A stretch of DNA of 64,000 nt from sequence record NC_019526.1; one strand, written 5' to 3'. Made by a program: the position numbers and the translations under genes. The notes beneath the pieces were generated by a model, which ran no database searches, was not told where the DNA came from, and saw only the letters and a program-made list of their open reading frames with translations. Of this stretch, positions 56,948-64,000 are shown piece after piece (position 1 is the stretch's first letter; the number at the start of each line of letters is the position of its first letter).

Positions 56948-56980
56948 CATGAAAGCAAATGCAAACTAAGAGGTTTTGAC

Positions 56981-59401
56981 ATGTCTTTAAGTAATTTAAG
57001 CTCAAGCAATAGTAATGGGGCATTTCTTGATTATGGGGAATTCAGAAGTGGTGTTTATATCCAAACATCAAATCAGATTTTGTACTTCACTGATGAAAAT
57101 GGAAATAAAGTAGGTTATCAGTGGAAGGGACTTTTGCCTCACACAACAACAACAAATGATCCAAATACAGATGGTGGTATTTCAGATACTGCTTGGTGTA
57201 GTATTGTTGGTAGTGGTTTTATTGAAAAATTATCAAAAGAGGGAATTGATTTAAGTTGGAAAGCACACTTACCAACAGTTGAAGTTTCTTACAATTTACC
57301 ACATAAATCACTAAAAATATGGGAAGAAGGTACGATTAGTACTGATAATGATTATTGGTTATACCCTGGGGATGGTACCGTATGGAATGGGGTTGGTGTT
57401 CTTGGTAGTATCCCAGATGTACCTTTTAAGCAAATTGTACCACAAAATAATGTAATAGAGTGGAGTACAATTGCAACAGAAGGACAAAACCAATTTACTG
57501 TACCGTATGAATTCACAAATATATCAGTTTTCATTAATGGATTATTACAGAATAAAAGTACCGGTGGTTATGTAGTTAATGGCAGTACTGTTACTTTAAA
57601 TGGTTCATTAAAAGCTGGTGATGTTATTCATGTTGTTATTAGTAATGTTCATACTACAAATATTATATATGCATTACAATCAGATTTAAATAACTATTAC
57701 ACCAAAACCAATTTAAATTCAACCAGTGGTTCCAGTTATATTGGTTTAACACAAGGTGGAACATTGGATGAAGCTATCACCTACATTACACCTCAAATGG
57801 TGAATGATACCCCATATCAAACATTTGGCACTGCACTAACAAGTGCTTGTAATAAAGCAATGGCAAATGGTATTGGTGAAGTTCGTATTCCTGCTGGTCG
57901 ATATATTTTAGATAAAACTGTTGATATTTCAATGACAAAAGGGTTGCGATTAGTTTTTTCACCAGATGCATGGATTTTGGTGAAAACGCCAATGACTGCA
58001 TTGAAATTTTTTATCAATAAACAACATTTAAATATTGAAGCTAATGGTGCTCGTATTATGGCTGATTGGGGAACCACAGCAGATGGTTCCCAATATGCAG
58101 CACTGGATATAAGTGATGACACTTTAGATAAATCATGTTCAGTAACAGACTTAAAAGTTGGTTTTACAGGTAATAAATTCGGTTATGGTGTCTATGCATC
58201 ATGTATTAACCTTTCAACATTCCACCGCTGCTTACTACAAGCAAATATCGGTTTTTATTTGGAAAGTTCGCTTACTAACGGAGCGACCGCACATGCGATG
58301 GGTGTACAAATTGTTAATTGTGAGATATACACTACCTCTGATGTTATCAAAATCGTCAATCAGGGACAGCTTGGCTGTGAAGGTTTACTAATTGAAGGTG
58401 GTGAGTTTATGGGGGCTGGAACTGGTGTTAGAATTGTCAACGAAGGTCTTACCAGCAGTTCATATCTACCACCATTATTCCGAATTATTAATAACCATTT
58501 CAACTGTTATCAAGCACTTTATGTAAAAGATGTTTGTAGATTGGTATTTTCCAATAACGATGTTCAAAGTAGACATAGTAGTTCAAAAGCTGTTAATGGT
58601 GTATTGGAATTAGGAGGAGTTCAAGGCTTTCAACACAATAATAATACGTATACATCTGTGTTGGTTGGAACTGGTACAAATTCAGATAAAACAACACCAG
58701 TGTATCAATTCAACAGTTCTTTATCTAATGCATATTTTAGTTCAACTGGTAACATATATTGGTTAGATGGTATGACTCAACCAGCTTATGGATTTAATGG
58801 GACTACAAATGTTACTATCATTGAAAGTTCCAATGAAATATTACAATCCGCTGCTTCATGGACAACGAGTTCATATTTTCAATATTTTAGACCAGATAAT
58901 AAAACATCAATCGGAAATAATGGTGCTAGTGTTGGATTGGGTAGAATATCTTCCGCAACATTATCATCTGGTGTATTAACATTAAGTCGAGCACCAGCGG
59001 TTGGGAATACATTTACATTACCAACATCTGTTGTAGCTAATACATCATCTATTTCTCAGATAACTTGCCCATCTATTTTAGTAGGTAAAACGATAAGTAT
59101 TCAATTCAGTGCGTCTGAAATATCATTTACTCATAATACAAATTTAATATGTCCAGATGGAAAATCATTTAAAATGTGGCTACCCAACGTAATTCAAGTG
59201 TATTTTTTAAATACAACACAAGCCATAATTATGGGTGTAACTGGTTTCAATACCATATCAAGAAATGATATATCATCAGCACCAACATCAAAAACATCAT
59301 ATGGATATGCAGGTGCTGAATATTTTGATAGTACTACTAAACGCTTATATAAATACATAGTTGGTTATGGCTGGGTTTATACAACAATGAATGATCTTTA
59401 A
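56981..59401 (+). CDS. tail spike, putative depolymerase (806 aa)
   Basis: GAGGT RBS; same two N-terminal domains as the 891-aa spike; beta-helix-like centre. Confidence 0.88.
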   Translation: MSLSNLSSSNSNGAFLDYGEFRSGVYIQTSNQILYFTDENGNKVGYQWKGLLPHTTTTNDPNTDGGISDTAWCSIVGSGFIEKLSKEGIDLSWKAHLPTVEVSYNLPHKSLKIWEEGTISTDNDYWLYPGDGTVWNGVGVLGSIPDVPFKQIVPQNNVIEWSTIATEGQNQFTVPYEFTNISVFINGLLQNKSTGGYVVNGSTVTLNGSLKAGDVIHVVISNVHTTNIIYALQSDLNNYYTKTNLNSTSGSSYIGLTQGGTLDEAITYITPQMVNDTPYQTFGTALTSACNKAMANGIGEVRIPAGRYILDKTVDISMTKGLRLVFSPDAWILVKTPMTALKFFINKQHLNIEANGARIMADWGTTADGSQYAALDISDDTLDKSCSVTDLKVGFTGNKFGYGVYASCINLSTFHRCLLQANIGFYLESSLTNGATAHAMGVQIVNCEIYTTSDVIKIVNQGQLGCEGLLIEGGEFMGAGTGVRIVNEGLTSSSYLPPLFRIINNHFNCYQALYVKDVCRLVFSNNDVQSRHSSSKAVNGVLELGGVQGFQHNNNTYTSVLVGTGTNSDKTTPVYQFNSSLSNAYFSSTGNIYWLDGMTQPAYGFNGTTNVTIIESSNEILQSAASWTTSSYFQYFRPDNKTSIGNNGASVGLGRISSATLSSGVLTLSRAPAVGNTFTLPTSVVANTSSISQITCPSILVGKTISIQFSASEISFTHNTNLICPDGKSFKMWLPNVIQVYFLNTTQAIIMGVTGFNTISRNDISSAPTSKTSYGYAGAEYFDSTTKRLYKYIVGYGWVYTTMNDL

Positions 59402-59442
59402 AAAATAAAAGCACCTTCGGGTGCTTTTATTTTTACTAAATA
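59401..59442 (+). terminator. cUUCGg terminator followed by late promoter
   Basis: AAAAATAAAAGCACC-TTCG-GGTGCTTTTATTTTT then ACTAAATA (59435-59442). Confidence 0.85.
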
Positions 59443-59474
59443 CATAATAAAAACGTTATAAAGAGGTTTATTAA

Positions 59475-61778
59475 ATGTCATTAATTCAACTTTCACCTAG
59501 TAATGGTGATTCATTATTAATAAATTCTGGTCCATTTAGTACGGGTAAAATTATCAGAACACGAAATGAACTTGTATTTTATACAGACCAGTACGGTAAT
59601 AGTACTGGATATCGTTGGTTGGGTAATTTACCTCATACAATTAATGGTAATTCACCACAAACCGATGGTGGTATTTCAAGTACATCATGGGAATCTTACA
59701 TTACTTCAAATTTATATGATAAATTAAAATCAGAAAATATCACATTATCAGGTACAGCACATTTACCAACTGTTGAAGTTGCATATGGATTACCAAAAGG
59801 TTCATTGAAAGTTTGGACGACAGGTTCTACCAGTTCATCTTCCCAGTACTGGTTATATACTGACGGTACTGTATGGGGTGGTGTTGGAACATTAGGAACT
59901 ATACCAGATGTACCATTCACACAATTACATCTCCAACGTGATATAATAAAATATAATTATATTGTTCAAACAGATGGTGAAAAAAATATTAATATTCCAT
60001 ATGACTTTACAAGTGTTGATATTTTTATTAATGGTGTTTTACAAAATTTAAGTACTGGTTCTTATAAGATTGTGGAAAATATAATTCAATTTAGTGAAGT
60101 TTTGAATAAAGGAGATAATATTCAATTTTATCTATCTAATGTTCCAATTTCTAGTATTAATTTTGCGTTATCTAGTGATTTATCTAATTATGTATTAAAA
60201 TCAGAACTATTAGATACATCTGGAGCAGATAATGTTGGATTTTATCCGGGTGGAAATATTCAAGATGCAATTGTATATGTAACACCAGAAATGTTTGGGG
60301 CCATAGGGGATGGTATTACAGACGATACAAATTCATTACAAAATGCAATTAATTTTTCCAAAAATAAAACATTAATTTTTAGCAATGGTAAAAAATATAG
60401 AACAAAAAATTTAGTAGTTCCTCATGCTATGACATTTAAAGGGTTAGGTAGAAGACAAGATGGTGCTATTGTTCCATATGGTAATGTTCCAGCAGAATCA
60501 TTCATTCATACAGGAACATTAATATTATTAACTACATCTAGTACAGTTACATTTTACGATCTTACGGTTGATGCAAGAGGAATAACATTATCATTTGTAG
60601 ATGGACAAAGACTAACTGGTGTTGGTGCTAATGATAATAATAGCGGAGTATATCAATCAGGTCTTCAAATGTATAATTGTAATGTTTCTGGATTTAGTGG
60701 GAATAATTTGTATGGTGGTGGTTCTAAATCATTTGGTATTCTAAAAGATTGCCAATTTGAAAGTTCTGGTAAATCTTGTGTTAGAATAGATGGTGTTGAT
60801 TGGAGAATATCACATTGTGCAATTGGTAGATCATTAGAATCATATGGTTTGGAAATATTAAATGAAAATAATTATATTTCTAATTGCGACTCATATTTTA
60901 ATAAATTATCTGGTATTTTTTATCAACAACCAACTGGAATGTCATTTATCAAAATAATTGGTAATACTATCAATAGTAATGGTCAACATGGAATATCATG
61001 TTCTTTACCTTATGCCCAACCAGCCGGTACTATAATTACTAATAATATTTTTTGGAATAATAGCACTGAAAGCACAGGGACATATCATAATATAGATTTG
61101 AATTATGGAAGAGGACATATTGTTTCTAATAATGTTCATAAAGCATATCAAGCAACATCAGGCTCAACATCAGCAAGATGTGGATATTGTATAAACTTAA
61201 GAAATGGGGCTACTATTTCAGGATTTATAAATGATGCAATTGATCCTTTATATTCTTACGTATTAGGAGAAATTAATGTAATTACTCAAAATTTTGCGAA
61301 TCAAAATGAAGTTCAAGTTGGTACAGGTTTACCATTAACTAAAACAGTATCAGCAGATACATCTATCGGGATAAAACTTAATATAAGTTCTGAGAGCTAT
61401 GATAGAGTTCAAATAAATCCAGGAAAAATTTTATTAGGGAATGGTTCAGCAGATCCAACACATGGCATACAACAATTAGCCGCATATCCGGGAATAACAA
61501 TGGGAGTATTAGGATTAGGAGTTGTTGGTAATTATTCTTCATCAGTTTTTCGTGTAGGCACGCATCGTATATGGTCAGGTGGTGATAATACATTGAGAAA
61601 CAAATATGGTTCAGACCCAACCTCGGCAACAGATGGAAATATATTATCAGTGAAAGTATCGGTACCATCAACAAGTACAAGTGCTGGTATAATAGGCCAA
61701 TGGGCATCGGATGATGCATATCTATATATATGTACATCAGCTAATACTTGGAAGAGGACACCTATAAATACTTGGTAA
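59475..61778 (+). CDS. tail spike, putative capsule depolymerase (767 aa)
   Basis: GAGGT RBS; shared N-terminal domains; VTPEMFGAIGDGITDDT pectate-lyase-3-type start; N-ladder beta-helix. Confidence 0.9.
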   Translation: MSLIQLSPSNGDSLLINSGPFSTGKIIRTRNELVFYTDQYGNSTGYRWLGNLPHTINGNSPQTDGGISSTSWESYITSNLYDKLKSENITLSGTAHLPTVEVAYGLPKGSLKVWTTGSTSSSSQYWLYTDGTVWGGVGTLGTIPDVPFTQLHLQRDIIKYNYIVQTDGEKNINIPYDFTSVDIFINGVLQNLSTGSYKIVENIIQFSEVLNKGDNIQFYLSNVPISSINFALSSDLSNYVLKSELLDTSGADNVGFYPGGNIQDAIVYVTPEMFGAIGDGITDDTNSLQNAINFSKNKTLIFSNGKKYRTKNLVVPHAMTFKGLGRRQDGAIVPYGNVPAESFIHTGTLILLTTSSTVTFYDLTVDARGITLSFVDGQRLTGVGANDNNSGVYQSGLQMYNCNVSGFSGNNLYGGGSKSFGILKDCQFESSGKSCVRIDGVDWRISHCAIGRSLESYGLEILNENNYISNCDSYFNKLSGIFYQQPTGMSFIKIIGNTINSNGQHGISCSLPYAQPAGTIITNNIFWNNSTESTGTYHNIDLNYGRGHIVSNNVHKAYQATSGSTSARCGYCINLRNGATISGFINDAIDPLYSYVLGEINVITQNFANQNEVQVGTGLPLTKTVSADTSIGIKLNISSESYDRVQINPGKILLGNGSADPTHGIQQLAAYPGITMGVLGLGVVGNYSSSVFRVGTHRIWSGGDNTLRNKYGSDPTSATDGNILSVKVSVPSTSTSAGIIGQWASDDAYLYICTSANTWKRTPINTW
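61763..61770 (+). promoter_or_regulatory. T4-type late promoter inside the 3' end of the previous gene
   Basis: TATAAATA 37 nt upstream of ATG 61807. Confidence 0.6.
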
Positions 61779-61806
61779 TTAATAAAATAAATAGGATTTA
61801 TCGATT

Positions 61807-63873
61807 ATGTCATTATCTAACTTAAACTCAACAAACTCAAAAAGTATGTTGATTAATTCAGGAACTTTTAGGAGTGGGGTGTATATCACTTCACCTAATC
61901 AACTTCTATCATACACAGATACTAATGGTATGAATGCTGCATATTATTATACTGGTGTTTTACCATATACAACTATATCAAATACCCCAACATCGGATAG
62001 TCCACTATGGAAAGTACTATATATTGCAGATAAGTATTCTTATTTAAAAACTGATATTGTTCCAATAACTAGTGGTGGTACTGGAGCTAATACTGTCGCC
62101 GCAGCAAACACTGCATTTGGATTGGGTACTGGTGATAGTCCTACGTTTCAGGGATTAAATATACTATATAGTGGTAATGAACCACGCATTAATTTAAATA
62201 ATTCAGTTTTAAGATCTAATGCAGGAAATTCGTTAGTTATTAGTGCTCAGCAAGGAATATATTTAAGACCAGCTGGGGATAACGTTTCTACCTCTCAAAT
62301 ATTATATTCTCCGGCTGGAACATTGACGATGACTGGGACAAGTGTTAACATAAGTGGAAGTTTAACATTAGGATCTGCATTAGCATTAGCTAGTGGTGGG
62401 ACTGGTGCAACTGATGCACCGACTGCAAGAACTAATCTGGGATTAGGAACCTCAGCGGTCGTTAACACTGGTACATCTGGTGCAACGGTTCCGTTATTAA
62501 GCACGGCGAATACGTGGTCATCTACTCAAACTATACAAGGAAACTTAGTTGTTGGTGTATCAGGTACGAGTACTATTAATTTGGGTGCTTCTGCTTTTAT
62601 GCGAGATAATGGATCAAAATCATTAATCATCACGTCCAATTCAGCATCTGATGCATCCCCTGCTGGTCTGTATCTACGACCGATGGGTGATACTGTAAGT
62701 AATGTGCAAATTTATGGTAATAGTACTGGGTGGTCAGTCAATGGTAATACTCAAATTTCTGGAACATTTTCTAATACAGGAAATGCTTCATTTTTGAATA
62801 GTGCGTATACAGTTGATAGTACTGGGATGTACGCATCAAGTACTGGAAAAGTGTTAGGTGCTGTTGGTACACCGTGGAGTACTACTTATACTAATACATT
62901 AACATCTGGTACATCAGCACAGCTTTATTTAAATTCAACATCAGGTACTATAAATTTACAAAATTCTGGTGTAACCACATATACATACACATCTAGTGCA
63001 TTTAGTCCAGCAACAACGGGTAAAAACTCGGCGGCGGTTGGAACTCCGTGGAGTATAACATATAGCAATTCTATTACATCAGGAACCAGTACTGCATTAA
63101 CTCTAAATGGTACTTCATCCAACATAAATATGCAAATAGCTGGAACTACGATATTGCAATTGGGGTCATCTAACTTAATTATCAACAATAACATAGGAAT
63201 ACAATCTAAAAATACTTCAAATACAGCATTAGATTTGATAAAAATTGATAGTTCTAATATTTCACAAATTGGTAATACATCAATTCCAACAAATATTAAT
63301 TCTTCAGTTAATCCTACGGTCAAGGTTGGTGCAAATACTTATACATTGTATAGTACTGGAAACAAACCTACGGTAAGTGCATTTAGAGCAAGCTATTTAA
63401 CCACCGCTGGTTCTGATTCTAAACAAACATTAACTACATCTAATACACCCCAGACTTTATTGGTCAATACTATAACTGCTGCGGCGAGTATTATAACTGC
63501 TAACACCAGTACTGGAACATTCTTATCAAATGTCACACAAGGAATGATGTTATGCATAAGTGCTCAAATCATTAGAGAAGTAACTGGTGGTGGTGATGTT
63601 TATTGGATGATGTTTTTGGAAACAAGTCCTGATGGAACGACATGGACACCAGTTACAGGTTCAAATAGAATAGTTACATTAAGTTCTAGTACTACAAATG
63701 AAATGAAACAAGTAGATTTTTCAGTAGCAATACAATCTACAGCGGGAACATATCTTAGAATTCGACATGCATGTACAGATAGTACTAAAACCGTTTCTGT
63801 AATTTCTAAAGATTCGTTATTTGCCGGTGTTCCAATTTCATCTGGTTTGATAGTAAGTTTCTTAACTATATAA
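61807..63873 (+). CDS. tail fibre (688 aa), no obvious depolymerase beta-helix
   Basis: Shared MSLSNL...F.SG..I anchor; SGGTGA...LGLGT, LRP.GD and VGTPWS repeats typical of fibres. Confidence 0.85.
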   Translation: MSLSNLNSTNSKSMLINSGTFRSGVYITSPNQLLSYTDTNGMNAAYYYTGVLPYTTISNTPTSDSPLWKVLYIADKYSYLKTDIVPITSGGTGANTVAAANTAFGLGTGDSPTFQGLNILYSGNEPRINLNNSVLRSNAGNSLVISAQQGIYLRPAGDNVSTSQILYSPAGTLTMTGTSVNISGSLTLGSALALASGGTGATDAPTARTNLGLGTSAVVNTGTSGATVPLLSTANTWSSTQTIQGNLVVGVSGTSTINLGASAFMRDNGSKSLIITSNSASDASPAGLYLRPMGDTVSNVQIYGNSTGWSVNGNTQISGTFSNTGNASFLNSAYTVDSTGMYASSTGKVLGAVGTPWSTTYTNTLTSGTSAQLYLNSTSGTINLQNSGVTTYTYTSSAFSPATTGKNSAAVGTPWSITYSNSITSGTSTALTLNGTSSNINMQIAGTTILQLGSSNLIINNNIGIQSKNTSNTALDLIKIDSSNISQIGNTSIPTNINSSVNPTVKVGANTYTLYSTGNKPTVSAFRASYLTTAGSDSKQTLTTSNTPQTLLVNTITAAASIITANTSTGTFLSNVTQGMMLCISAQIIREVTGGGDVYWMMFLETSPDGTTWTPVTGSNRIVTLSSSTTNEMKQVDFSVAIQSTAGTYLRIRHACTDSTKTVSVISKDSLFAGVPISSGLIVSFLTI

Positions 63874-63874
63874 T

Positions 63875-63910
63875 AAAAAAAAGCCGCAATTTATGTTGCG
63901 GCTTTTTTTT
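63875..63910. terminator. bidirectional terminator
   Basis: A8-GCCGCAA-N6-TTGCGGC-T8. Confidence 0.88.
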
Positions 63911-63956
63911 ATTATGATATGATTACATCATTCTAAATCCATTTAAAAATCTTTTA

Positions 63957-63985
63957 TTGACAAAAGATCGATTTTAAGTTAAAAT
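63957..63985 (+). promoter_or_regulatory. sigma70-type promoter for a gene beyond the window
   Basis: TTGACA-N17-TAAAAT. Confidence 0.75.
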
Positions 63986-64000
63986 GCAAAAATAACTATC

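Larger units (their letters stand above)
1..64000. repeat. dispersed highly iterated palindrome AGTACT (extended CAGTACTG / TTCAGTACTGAA)
   Basis: About 160 copies by manual count; perfect 12-mers at 2607, 10989, 18102, 28154, 33190 and 35406. Confidence 0.9.

Noticed and set aside
44400-61778. Assigning capsule (K-type) specificity to individual spikes
   Set aside because: It cannot be read from sequence by eye; it needs alignment to characterised enzymes and activity tests.
62810-63170. Repeat pair as a diversity-generating retroelement TR/VR
   Set aside because: Both copies are in one ORF, differences are not adenine-specific, and no reverse transcriptase is present in the window.
3889-63323. 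Numerous 60-130 aa antisense or off-frame ORFs (for example 11869-12111, 18935-19294, 35249-35569, 49565-49966, 62925-63323)
   Set aside because: They lie wholly inside well-supported genes, lack an RBS or motifs, and are expected shadows.
1-64000. tRNA, rRNA, CRISPR array, group I intron or intein (checked by eye, including nrdD, lig, phoH and nadV)
   Set aside because: No cloverleaf/T-loop signatures or regularly spaced direct repeats; these ORFs are continuous and of normal length. tRNAscan/Infernal would be definitive.

Overview
AT-rich (about 30% GC by eye), densely coding 64 kb segment of a T4-related jumbo myophage genome. Gene content and the tail-spike cluster point to a Klebsiella Alcyoneusvirus (RaK2/K64-1-like); this is recognition from memory, not a database result. 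Positions 1-40.9 kb are almost entirely + strand early/middle genes driven by host sigma70-type promoters. They include many small hypothetical ORFs (with a tandem family of about 90-aa helix + beta-barrel paralogues), RNA/translation repair genes (Rnl1, PNK/PseT, PTH2-like), a Ser/Thr phosphatase, an HD-type (p)ppGpp hydrolase, DNA ligase, two ClpP-like proteases and two deaminases. They also include two free-standing endonucleases, an NAD+/ADP-ribose cluster (NadM-Nudix, Nampt, Sir2-like, NUDT16-like), PIN-PhoH, MazG-like proteins and nrdD-grcA-nrdG. Positions 40.9-63.9 kb hold ten tail fibre/tail-spike or depolymerase-like genes (seven on the - strand, three on +) with T4-type late promoters and bidirectional terminators. 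The supplied ORF track mislabels eight minus-strand genes as + (21912-22550 and the seven genes in 40955-56898); strands are corrected here. The most unusual signals are: (1) a highly iterated palindrome AGTACT (extended TTCAGTACTGAA), about 3 per kb in core DNA but absent from most depolymerase domains; (2) a covarying two-hairpin leader shared by the two NAD+ salvage genes; (3) a candidate three-way-junction ncRNA at 35865-35983; (4) an A10 frameshift splitting a membrane-protein gene; (5) an anchor-less beta-helix gene at the end of the spike cluster. No tRNA, rRNA, CRISPR array, intron or intein was recognised.
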